A DNA stretch of 64,000 bases from Azolla caroliniana (taxonomy: Eukaryota; Plantae; Polypodiophyta): positions 13,454,001 through 13,518,000 of the forward strand of contig JBHGNT010000014.1 in assembly GCA_043228905.1 (NCBI GenBank), in the 5' to 3' direction. The position numbers were made by a program, and so were the translations under genes. A model generated the notes under the pieces. It was given only the letters and a program-made list of their open reading frames with translations, searched no databases and had not been told where the DNA came from. Below are positions 13,421-24,849 of this stretch, one piece after another. How positions within the stretch are numbered: the stretch's first letter is position 1; each line of letters opens with the position of its first letter.

Positions 13421-15106
13421 TGGTTGGTCAAACACTAGAAATAGACCAATCATTAATGTTTTAGCTTCTTTATTACATGGCACGATGTTTTTGAAATCAT
13501 TAGATACAAGTGGTCATGTCAAGACAGGTCATACATATTTAAAAATTTGAAGGATGTTATTCGTGAAGTTGGACCATCGAATGTAGTTCAAGTGTGTATG
13601 GATAATGCTACACATTGTGTCGCTACAGGACATATGATAGGAAATGAGTGGCCATCAATAGTTTACACTAGATGCACTTGTCATTGTGTTGATTTGTTGT
13701 TGGAAGACATTGCCAAATGTGCTTGGATTGAGGCTATTTTGCGATCAGCTATGAAGATTAGTAGCTTCATAACTAGAAAACAATATGCTTTGGCCATGTT
13801 TTGCACGTTTAATGGGAAAGACTTGCTTTAAAAACCTTCTACAACCAGGTTTGCTTATAGTTTTATTGTGTTATCAAATTTGTTGGATGATAAAGTATAT
13901 TGTGGTTTAAGAGGAATGGTGGTTAGTGAACAATGGTGTAATTGGAATGGTGCTAAAACACAGAAAGCTAAGAAGATGGTTTCAATTATATTGGATGCTA
14001 ACTTTTGGGCAAATGTAAAGATGGTTGTGAAGGTATGCAAACCAATTTTAAAGCTTCTTTGTTTGACTGATAGGGAAGGTGCTACAATGGGATTGATTTA
14101 TTGATTTAAACAACAAATGTTGACGGAAATAAACAATATGGCAGAAGTTGATCCTATCAAGCTTGATGAGATAAAAGATTGTTGCATAAATAGACTAACA
14201 ATGTTGGAATCTCCATTGTATGCAACATGATATGTCTTGCATCCATTATGGACAGCAAATGGTCAAGAAATAGATCATCATCTACAAATGGGTCGGATGA
14301 AAACAATCATGATTTATGCTAGTGGTAATATGGTTTTGCAAAATGCTTTGTTAGATGAGTTTTATGCATATAGAAAACGAGCATCATATTTGTTTCAAGT
14401 TCCATTTGCAAAGGATGTTAATAGATTAAGCAAACCAATCAAATGGTGGGAAACGTTTGGAGCATGCACTCCCAATTCGATAAAACTTGCAATAAGAGTG
14501 TTATCTCAAGGTACAAGTGCATTGTCTTGTGAAAGGAATTGGAGCACATTTTCATTATATACATATTAAAAGGCAAAATAGATTGAGTTCAAATCATGTG
14601 CAAAAATTGGTTTTCTTGCACACAAATCTTCATCTTCTTAAGAAGATTAAAGAAAGAGGTTTCAATCCTATTGAGATTACTATTGACATGATTGAGAAAG
14701 AAAACGATGAAGAAAGGTTATTGGTGTTACAAAGTGAACAAGAAGTTAAAGAAGTTGATGAAAATGAGAGCTTCACCAATGTTGATGGCTCATCTTGATG
14801 ATAACACACAAGATGAAGATGAAGATTTTGAAAATGGCGATATCAACTTGGATGAAAATTAGGAATGTTCGTTTTGTTGAAACAATTCATTGAGAATTTT
14901 TATGGAAGATTAGGCATTTTGGATATTTGCTACAAGAATTTATGAAAAAAGTGTGTTATTATTAAGAAATAATGTCTTTTTTGCAATTTTGTTAATTTTC
15001 TTTTACCTTATAGTAAGTAATGAGTCCAAAAGTATAGTATTTACCATTCTTCGAGGGTGTTTATCATACTCGAATGCGAATGCACGTATGATACATATGC
15101 TTCATA
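13421..15106 (+). mobile_element. hAT DNA transposon relic (DUF659 plus hAT dimerization domain transposase pseudogene, ~13421-14860)
   Basis: GWSNTRNRP, VVQVCMDNA, CTCHCVDLLLEDI, WWETFG, LAIRVLSQ, CERNWS, RQNRL motifs; 5' half missing; right end approximate. Confidence 0.85.
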
Positions 15107-15112
15107 TTATGC

Positions 15113-15339
15113 TTCTAACAACTTACACCCACTCTACAACACTCTTCCATTTTTGCACACATGCACACAAATGTGTATGTGTTTAGAGATATCAATATAC
15201 TCTCATACTCACTTTTGTGCACACTTGCACATACACTTACAACATGACTTTTCATACAAAGACTAAATTACACTTATCCATCCATGTACTATCACAATTA
15301 TACATTCCTTTACGTACAATCCTACATATAACACATATG
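15113..15339 (+). repeat. ~225-bp CA-rich dispersed repeat, copy 1 (copy 2 at 28131-28346)
   Basis: Direct alignment from TTCTAACAACTTACACCCAC to ACACATATG. Confidence 0.85.
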
Positions 15340-18300
15340 GCACGCCCGTGGGACAGTGTCTTGCACGATTGAACACACATGACTTTAAAAAACATGAACA
15401 ACAGTCCTTGGACCGGAACTCAATCGATCAAAATTCCCTCGATCTTCTCCTATCTCGTCGATTGGAAATCCCTCGACCGGAACACGCGTAACACGAACTT
15501 ATATCTCAACAACACAAACCTCTCGTTCGGGCGGCACATCCCCTACGTAGTAACTTCGGTACTCTCTTTTAGGTCTTAAAATGATTTTGGGTGTGTGTAT
15601 ATGTGTTTTTTTTCCTTTTATTGCATTTTGCGTGAGCAATCTCGAATTTTCAAAATTTTGGTGATGCCCTTTGGTTTTCAAATTTCTATTAGTTGCCCTC
15701 GAATTTTTGAAATTTGTCGCACACCCCTCTCTTTGTCATCTCTTCTTTTCTTCTTTTTCTTCTCTGCACACAAAATCTTTCACAGACCTTGTTCAATCTA
15801 CTTTCTGGCGTCCCTTTCTTCTTCTAGTTCTTCGTCCTACCTGTAAACAGAGCTTCTTGAAGAGATCTTCTTTCTGTCTTTCTTTCATTCACGCTTTGGA
15901 TCCTTATTCCTTCTTTCTTGCTTTCTTTGTCCTTCTTCTTCTCCTTTTGCTTCATATGAGCTTCGGTTTCCACATCTTCTTTGGTATGTATGTATGCACA
16001 GAGAGACAGACAGAGAGAGCTTCTCAAAGGATCTTCGTCTTGGTCTTTCTTCTTCTTTTCTTGGCTTCTTCTTCTGCTTCTTCTTTTCTTTTTGTTTTTC
16101 TTCTCCTCCTCAAACCTGAACCTTTTCTCAATGATCTTCTCTTTGACTAGTTGGGCAACAACCGCATCATTCCCATACAGATTTTCTTAGCATAGTGCTT
16201 TTCGAAGCCTTCCTCGTTTTTCTTTTCAGATCCTTTCTCAGCACTGTTTTCTTTTGATGCATCCGTGTGTCATGTTCATTTTCAGATAATCCACTCTTTG
16301 ATAGATAGTGAGAAAGGCCAAAAGGGTAACTCTCACTATTTATCACAAAGGTATATAAGTTAATAGAAACTAGGGTTAGGGTTTTTTGTGTGCCCCCAAA
16401 TAATTTTCTGTGTGTCTTTTCTCTTGTGTTGTCTTGTGTTGTCTTTTGTGAGGGTTGCTCTCTTGCTTTCTATGCAGGAAAAACAACATCTTGTTCGTTC
16501 CCATTGCTCCTCCAATAGTGCTATCAGAGCGCAAGACTATGTGAAGACATTGTGTGTGGTAGAAATAATTCGATTTCCCTGTTTTTGCCCCTCTGCATGT
16601 GCCTTTTTTCAAGAACTCGTCCAACAGAGGTAATATCCAGTACTTGCTTCTGTTGAAACTCATTTTTCGAGCCTATTTTTTGGGGGAAATAGACCTTTGA
16701 AAGGTATCTTTGCTTCTCTAAACCTAGAAACAGAGAGGACTCACTATTTCTAGTATACAAAAGAGAGGATTTACACGTTAAATGCTTGCATTTGTTTTCA
16801 ATCTTTGCTCACTTGATAGGAGATTGCGACAATGGAAGTTGCGTCTTAGTCGCATTCCATATGCCTTGGCTGATATAAGAGTGAAGTGTTGTTCTTAGAC
16901 GAACACACATACATACCCTAAACAGGGTGATAGTTGTACTTGAGACCAGCTACTGAGTAGTGTCTCAACTATCATTAGGCGCTTAGATTTGCAATCAACT
17001 AAGCTTACTTACCACCCAATGGCCTCTAAAATGTCCGAGTTTTTTATTACCTCACATGGTGGTTACTTTAATTCCTGTAGAAATCACTCTACGAGCGGAA
17101 AATACCACCTTGAGATCCATAAATTTGACGGATCCAACTTCTCCTTGTGGAAGAATAAGATGAGAGATGTTCTGATTCAAAGAAGGCAAGTAAGACCATT
17201 AGGTGGTGAAGCCAAGAGACCTGAGGGCATGACCAATGACGATTGGGAAGAGCTCGATCTCTTAGCAATGTCTATCATAAGATTGCACCTAGCCAACAAC
17301 GTATACTTCATGGTTTTGGATTGTGACTCAACCGAAATGTTATGGACTAAACTATGTAGTACATACGAAAAAGAGATCGCATCAAATAAAGTTTATTTAA
17401 TGAGAAAAATTTATGATCTTCAAATGAAGCACAACAATAGTGTCACTTCTCATTTGAATGATTTTGATGCACTATGGTCACAATTACAGGCTCAGAAAAT
17501 TATTATGGACAATGAGCTAAAATGTGTATTTCTATTATGCACTTTGCCTAGCTCATGGGACACTTTTTGCACTGCTATTAGTGCTAGTGCACCAAATGGG
17601 AAATTGGTCTATAATGGCATACGTGGAGCACTATTGGGTGAAGAAATTCATAGGAAATCTGTGATTGCATCACATAATGGAGATGCATATAATGTTTATC
17701 ACGTTGGTTCTCGCAAGAACCAACACCGTGGTAGGAGCCAAACAAGAAATAGTAGTGGAAATGATAGAGGTAGAAGCAAATCTAGGAAGAAAAATATGGA
17801 GTCTCATTATTGCCATAAAAAGGGACATCTTAAGAAAGATTGTTATGCCCTACAAAATAAGGAGAAAGATAGTGCAAAATTTAGAGGTGATGGGCATGGA
17901 AGACAATCAAGTGGTTCCTCTTCTTTCGTGGAAATAGAGGAAGTAATTGCAACATGTGATGAGACAGACATCTTGGTCTTAGATGATATAGCACACATGT
18001 TGGGGTGAATATGGTTTTTTCTCCATCACATACATGGTTGTTGGACTTCGGTGCATCATTCCATGTGACTCCACATAGAGAGTGGTTCACATGTTATGAA
18101 GCCAAGTCACTTGGGAAAGTTAGACTTGGAGACTCACATCAGTGTAATGTCATTGGCATTGGAAATATCTCAATTCACTTTAGTGATGGTTCTCATCTTA
18201 CCATTAAAGATGTATGCCATGTTCCCCAACTAACCTGTTGTCTAATGTCCGTTGGTCAGCTTGATGACAACGGATATAAGGTGATATTTGCTTCCCAATC

Positions 18301-19408
18301 CTTTCGTATAATTAAAGGAAATATGATTGTTGCAAAATGGAACAAAGTTGGTTCCCTCTACCCTCTATTTGTTCATAAAAAAGAACATTTGTTGGCTGAC
18401 ACAAATTAGCCAATGACGAGTATTTGGCAAGGGCATTTAAGCCACATGTCACGAAATGGCATGGAAGCTCTATCTCATTATGGTTACTTACCTAAGTTGT
18501 CATTCTCTGATTTTGCATTATGTGAACATTGTCAACATGGTAAGCAAACCAGAAGTGCACATAAGACCAATGTTAACTCATCCACTAGACCATTGGAGCT
18601 TGTTCACATGGATGTTTGTGAACCTATGCCCACAAGATCTTTGGGTGGTGCATTGTATTTTGTTACTTTTATTGATGATGCCACTAGGAAAGTTTGGGTT
18701 TATACGATTAAGGCAAAGGATGATGTATACCCTACTTTAAGGAAATGGCTTAGTTTGGTTGAGTTGGAAAAAGACGTAAAGCTTAAGGTTTTAGTTCGGA
18801 CAATGGAGGTGAGTATACCTCTCACGAATTTGGTGACTTTTCTAAGTCTAGAGGCATTCAGAGAGAGTTTACAGCTCCTTACACCCCTGTCCAAAATGGT
18901 GTGGCTGAGAGGATGAATAGAACCATCCAAGATAGAGTTGTCTCTATGTTACACCATGCAAACGTCTCGCAAGGTTTTTGGGCAGAAGTTGTTTTAATAG
19001 TCCATGTGATTAATCTATCACCGAACACAGCCATAGGTCTAAAAGTGGCACAAGAGTTGTGAACAGGCAAGACACCTCATTATGCTCATCTTAGAGTTTT
19101 TGGATGCGAAGCATATGTACACATTCCAAAAACTTTAAGAAAGAAATTGGACTATAAATGTAGAAAATGTATATTCCTTGGTTACGGAATTGATGGGCAG
19201 ATTGTGTCACGGACACACCAAGAGCGGACTAGGACGGAGCACGAATGATGGGGCTATGAGAGACGGATGAACTTGGAGCTAGATGTGACAAGGCTAGGAA
19301 CTCTAGATGTTGTGAGTGACATTAGGGCATGAAGACAAAAATAAAGATCAAGGACACAAATATGAGGCAAAATGAGAATACTAGATTGATGTGTCAATGG
19401 TTGGTGTT

Positions 19409-19828
19409 TGTCATGATATGGCAAGACTCAAACCCATGACCTTATGCTACATGGGTCGAGCTCTTGACCATTAGACCATACATTGTAATACATAGAATAT
19501 TATTTTCATATATGTTTTATTATAAAAAATTGATGTATATTCTAAATTTCTTTGGATCATTCTAGAAACTTCAAGAGTACTCTTGAGAACACTATAAAAG
19601 GAGGCACAAGGCATTATTTCGAACCAAATTGGTTCAACGCTAGTCTTAATCCTCCTAGCTACTATTGTATACTCTCTTCACATAATATATATCATTTATC
19701 ATCATTCTCTCTCTCTATCTCTCTCTCTTGCTCACTCTTTCCTTCTCTCGAGAGTTCTACATCTCTCTTAGTACTAATCCTCATCTTTTAGTACTAATTC
19801 TTTCTTTGTCTTAGTACTAATCTTGACA
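19409..19828 (+). repeat. Solo LTR of the chromovirus B/D group
   Basis: TGTCATGATATGGCAAG...CTTGACA; flanks GTGTT/GTGTG. Confidence 0.88.
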
Positions 19829-20148
19829 GTGTGGAATCCTTTGATACAAGTATTTATACTGTGAGTTGAAGTACATGCATTAGAATATTCTAGGGAATAT
19901 TTGAGAATATTCTAGAACCCTCTAGAACCTTCTAAAAACTCATAGAATGTGAATAGATAATCTACGAAGATATACATAATATTACCATGTACTTGGATGT
20001 GTTGGTTACAATATAACACTTGACTATAATACAAGAGGTCAAGAGTTCAAATCTTGACATAATTGTTGTCATGTTTGTGACATTATCCTCCCTTTACGAT
20101 CGTCTTTTCGAAAGCACGGTGTAGGGTTGAATAAGAAGTGGTGGGCAT

Positions 20149-20568
20149 GAGAAACCATGTGTTGTCCTCATTGGAAACACGAACACCAACGGTCGTGAGC
20201 GATCATGTGCAGTACTCATCGGGAACATGAACAGGCGTGAGTGACCATGCGGTCCTCACCGGGAACATGAACATGAACTAGAGTGAGGGAACTGGAACAC
20301 AAATGGGAGTGAGCGACCATGCAGTCCTCACCGAGAACTTGAACACGAACATGTGTGAGCAACCATGTATGGCCCTCACTCGGAATCGGAACATGAGCGA
20401 CCATGTGCGGTCCTTGTCGGAAACAAGAATAGGCATGAGCTACCATGTGGTCCTCACCGAGAATTTGAACACGGAAGGGAGTGAGCGACCATGCGGTCCT
20501 CACCGAAACCTGGAACATGAACGGGAGTGAGCGACCATGAGGCCCTCACCGGGAACTGGAACACGAAC
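20149..20568 (+). repeat. Degenerate ~40-48 bp minisatellite, ~9 units (GAGCGACCATGCGGTCCTCACCGGGAACATGAACACG...)
   Basis: Units visible directly in the sequence. Confidence 0.85.
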
Positions 20569-21330
20569 AAGCAAAGGGGTGCTGAAAATGATGATGTCAA
20601 AGGCAAGGATGTTGATGACGGTAACTCTAGAAGCAAGGACGGTGATATGATGGTAACTCTAGAAGCAAGAGTGATGACGAAGACAGGTGATGCTTCCAAT
20701 TGGAAGGAATTCAAGGATGTTACAAGTATTTATACAATTTCTGAGATTGAATATCTCTAGAATATACTCGAGAAATATCTCGAGAATATACCCACCTAGA
20801 ATACACCACAAAATAATTCTAGAATATTCTCGAATGTACTATACACTAGACTCTACAATATATACAAGTTCATAATCAAATGTGGATAGTTCACAAGAGT
20901 TTCCATATGGTTAACCCAACACCATGTACTGTGTATTAAAAGTCAGAGGTTCGAGTCTAGAATGTGATAGTTTGGATATCACTTATGGGACCCTAACACA
21001 CGTACTATGGTTAGAAGTAGTGATGTTGTTTTTTATGAGAACAAAATGCATAAATAGTCCGTAGAGGAGGTAGAAGTGAGAAAGGTTGTGTTTAAAGATA
21101 TTATGCCTTTAGTTGATGTAAAACAAAAAAATCTTATTGATGTAGATGCTTCTACATGTGGGCAATCATGAAAAATTGTTGTTGGTCAGTATGATGATGC
21201 CCAAAATGATGATGCTCAGCACAATGATGGGCAAAATGATGATTTTCAGCAAGAATATGCTCAGAATGATGTTTCTCATGCACAACCTGATGGTATTCAG
21301 GTTCAGGAAACATTGAGGAGATCCACGCGT

Positions 21331-24300
21331 TGTCGTAGTGTATTTTGTACACTACGTGAAAAACGTATATAGTATTAGATTCAATAAAAAATGAAGAAAT
21401 AGAAGAAAATAGCAAAATAAATGGAACATGCATAGGGCAAGATTCGAACCTTGCACCTCCATGTTAATAATGTAATGTCTTACCATTACACTAGCATTTC
21501 ATTAGTGTTAAAGCATAGATGTCCCACATAGAAAGGTAAATTCACGCTAGGATAAACATTAGAAAAACGCATAACAAAAGAAAAAGCTACACATACACAT
21601 CTAGCGTGCATGATAAAAAACGCACAAGTTAGAAAAAAAGCATGATCACTTTAGATAAAGCATATAGTCTATCTATAGGAAAAGCATGGGGTCTATAGTT
21701 AGAGAAAAAGCATGGATTACTAAGACTTCCTCATCACTACATAAGGATGGGAGCACAATGTAATTGTGTGTGAAAAATATTTGGAAACTGGATATGTTTC
21801 TAAAAAACACCAATTAATAAACTATACTCGTGGGATTCACGAGAATTCTATATCATTCTCTTTCAACCGAAGTTTATATTCTTATATTCATATTGATTAA
21901 TCTAATACAATACACTCGTGGGATTCACGAGTTTGCTATAACTCTTTCTTACAACATATTTATATTCTTATTAGCCTTAAAACTCTCTTCTTCCTAGTCC
22001 AAAACCCCAGTGGTTCCCACCCGACTCACGCAAACGATCCGGAGCCGAAAGGCACGACACAGTTGGTGAACCCGACGTGAAGGCGGGTGGCAAGGAGATG
22101 GAGAATCAACAAGAGGCGATGAACATGATGATGATAATGTTTGAGCGGATGCAACAAGAACAACGTGCGATGTCGGAGATGAAGGCGGCAGTAGAGCGGC
22201 TTCTGCGACGAAACGGGGAATTCAACGGTAAGGGTGTGTCACGCTACCTACGTGAATATAAGGCGGAGATGATGCAATATCGGATACCGGAAGGATTGCA
22301 AGTGATATCCTTTAGTCGGGTGGCCTCGGACGAACTACAAGAGAGAATCCACAAGATACAACAACAAAACTCGACATGGGAGTCCTTTGAAGAAGCTTTA
22401 CGGGAGGCATATGACTATGAGAGATGGACGGGACGAGATCGACGAGAATTCGACGAATGGGTGGCGTCGGAGAAGACTCACCGAAGTGCAACGCAAGCGT
22501 TCCTAGAGTTCGAGCATCGTTTTGCTCGACTCTCGGAGCGGGAACGAAGATTGGTGGGAGGAGATAAAGTCTTAATGTTCGTAAGATCGATCGATCAGAA
22601 AGAAAGGATGGACATTGGGATCGAACTCGAAGATGATGACGGTGCGAACGGCCTTACCGAGGATTGGGCTAAAGTCGAAAGGGTATGCCGAAGACATGAT
22701 GAAAGGAAGCTGAGAATCTCGTCAACAACGACATGGCCCATGAAGGATGGTCGATTGAGGAAAAACGATGAAGCCAATATGAAGGCCGAAATACAACATG
22801 ATGGTACCACGGGAGAAAGAGTGGAACAAGACACCCACTCGTCTTGTGAAAGAACGATGGCGAAGGATAAGGCCGATAATTCAAGTGTAGAAGGAAATTT
22901 CGGGATACAAGTGCCCGAGACATCGGGTCAAAAAGGGGTAAGCATAATAGATGTTTGCATAATTGATGCAGATAAAGAGTGTGAAGCGGATGTGATTAAG
23001 GAGGTAGCCACAAAAGACGAAATCGAATCGGAGGTGGCTATGGACGAATCAATGGCGGATTGCCATATTGAGACTTCCCCACCACTGATTCCAGAGACTC
23101 CGGCGGTTGCGATCGAAAGGCAACGTGAGACCGAAGAGACGGAAGGTGGCGGAGAGAAAATGAATGTCGAAGCCGACGAATACGATGAAGAGATAGCCGA
23201 GAAGAATGCTAAGGGTGAAACTACGAAAGAAGGTAATACCGAGGATTCATGCCAACAATATCTAGAGACTTCGGCGGTTGTGTCCGAGAACCAACGTGAG
23301 ACCGGAGAGACGGGAGATGGCGGCGAGGAAGGTAAAGTCAGAAGTCGGTTCGGATGGAAAATGATCCATCCGAAATTCCAATCTAAAAGAAAGTGCGACA
23401 ATGCGGAGGTCGGGTCTACGACGGGAGAAGCGCGTAATACAGAGCACGCTCTACGGCGAATAAAGAAACGCGTGTTATGGCGAATAAAGAAGCACGCGCT
23501 ACGGCGAGAAAAGAAGCATGCATTACAACCACACGAGGACCGAACAACGAGCACATATCGGAGGACCTACGTAGCGAACAACGGAAAGAAGTGCCGAAAG
23601 TCGAACCGGACAAGGCAGGTGAAAACGAAGAAAAGAAAGCAAATCCGGACGAAAAGAAAAGAAAAGAAACCGACCCGAAAGAGCACTGAATCGGTAAAAA
23701 CCGATCAACCGAGTCCGGATCGACCGAATACAAATCGGAAAGGAAGCCGAACTAAACGAAAGACGATCCGACGAGACCGAATCGGAAGTAAGCTAATCCG
23801 ACTAAACCGAAAATCCGAAAAGAAGTCGAGATTGATGAAGAAAAGAAAGAGGGCAAGAAAAGATACTACCGCGGATGACAAGGACCAAGCGGGCCATGCA
23901 AAAAGCGAACGAAGACTATGGTGGATCGGATGTCGACAATGGTTCGGGTGGAAAGAATGGATGTGCTCCAAATGGAGAGACAAAGTCAACATAACAAGAG
24001 AAGTCGAGGGTACTACGAGCCGGCAACGAAACCAATCGGGTAGAGACCGGACGGAGGAGACTAACAAACACCAACAACTTCGGCACATACCGGAGGATGT
24101 GCGGGTTTGGAGGGGGTGAGTGTCGTAGTGTATTTTGTACACTACGTGAAAAACGTATATAGTATTAGATTCAATAAAAAATGAAGAAATAGAAGAAAAT
24201 AGCAAAATAAATGGAACATGCATAGGGCAAGATTCGAACCTTGCACCTCCATGTTAATAATGTAATGTCTTACCATTACACTAGCATTTCATTAGTGTTA

Positions 24301-24849
24301 AAGCATAGATGTCCCACATAGAAAGGTAAATTCACGCTAGGATAAACATTAGAAAAACGCATAACAAAAGAAAAAGCTACACATACACATCTAGCGTGCA
24401 TGATAAAAAACGCACAAGTTAGAAAAAAAGCATGATCACTTTAGATAAAGCATATAGTCTATCTATAGGAAAAGCATGGGGTCTATAGTTAGAGAAAAAG
24501 CATGGATTACTAAGACTTCCTCATCACTACATAAGGATGGGAGCACAATGTAATTGTGTGTGAAAAATATTTGGAAACTGGATATGTTTCTAAAAAACAC
24601 CAATTAATAAACTATACTCGTGGGATTCACGAGAATTCTATATCATTCTCTTTCAACCGAAGTTTATATTCTTATATTCATATTGATTAATCTAATACAA
24701 TACACTCGTGGGATTCACGAGTTTGCTATAACTCTTTCTTACAACATATTTATATTCTTATTAGCCTTAAAACTCTCTTCTTCCTAGTCCAAAACCCCAG
24801 TGGTTCCCACCCGACTCACGCAAACGATCCGGAGCCGAAAGGCACGACA
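21331..24849 (+). mobile_element. Young non-autonomous gag-only (TR-GAG-like) Gypsy LTR element
   Basis: 729-bp LTRs at 21331-22059 and 24121-24849 with no difference seen by eye; 4-bp TSD GCGT; tRNA-Trp PBS 22064-22080; PPT at ~24109-24120. Confidence 0.93.
22098..24119 (+). CDS. Gag-like capsid domain followed by an acidic region and a long Arg/Lys-rich tail (~673 aa from the first ATG)
   Basis: Uninterrupted ORF; N-terminus (GEFNGKGVSRYLREY...DKVLMFVRSID) resembles the gag at 9502-8985 (GQFDGRNITKFLDAY...DKTLYFLKAVD); no pol motifs. Confidence 0.8.
   Translation: MENQQEAMNMMMIMFERMQQEQRAMSEMKAAVERLLRRNGEFNGKGVSRYLREYKAEMMQYRIPEGLQVISFSRVASDELQERIHKIQQQNSTWESFEEALREAYDYERWTGRDRREFDEWVASEKTHRSATQAFLEFEHRFARLSERERRLVGGDKVLMFVRSIDQKERMDIGIELEDDDGANGLTEDWAKVERVCRRHDERKLRISSTTTWPMKDGRLRKNDEANMKAEIQHDGTTGERVEQDTHSSCERTMAKDKADNSSVEGNFGIQVPETSGQKGVSIIDVCIIDADKECEADVIKEVATKDEIESEVAMDESMADCHIETSPPLIPETPAVAIERQRETEETEGGGEKMNVEADEYDEEIAEKNAKGETTKEGNTEDSCQQYLETSAVVSENQRETGETGDGGEEGKVRSRFGWKMIHPKFQSKRKCDNAEVGSTTGEARNTEHALRRIKKRVLWRIKKHALRREKKHALQPHEDRTTSTYRRTYVANNGKKCRKSNRTRQVKTKKRKQIRTKRKEKKPTRKSTESVKTDQPSPDRPNTNRKGSRTKRKTIRRDRIGSKLIRLNRKSEKKSRLMKKRKRARKDTTADDKDQAGHAKSERRLWWIGCRQWFGWKEWMCSKWRDKVNITREVEGTTSRQRNQSGRDRTEETNKHQQLRHIPEDVRVWRG

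Larger units (their letters stand above)
19205..20969 (-). mobile_element. Non-coding, internally deleted Gypsy-derived element inserted in the Copia integrase (LTR 19205-20082, PPT, minisatellite, divergent LTR U3 remnant)
   Basis: TG...(C/T)A termini with TSD GATTG/GTTTG; host frame GYGIDGQ-FGYHLWDP resumes after it; PPT complement TTATCCTCCCTTT at 20083. Confidence 0.7.

Noticed and set aside
15340-16298. Lys-rich minus-strand and Phe/Leu-rich plus-strand ORFs
   Set aside because: Low complexity, interrupted by stops, no identifiable homology
20149-20568. CRISPR-like repeat/spacer appearance
   Set aside because: Units are degenerate, the 'spacers' resemble each other, there are no cas genes and the context is eukaryotic; it is a minisatellite
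22928-24223. Antisense ORFs (208 aa and 172 aa) in the gag-only element
   Set aside because: Shadow frames of a purine-rich sense ORF; no independent evidence
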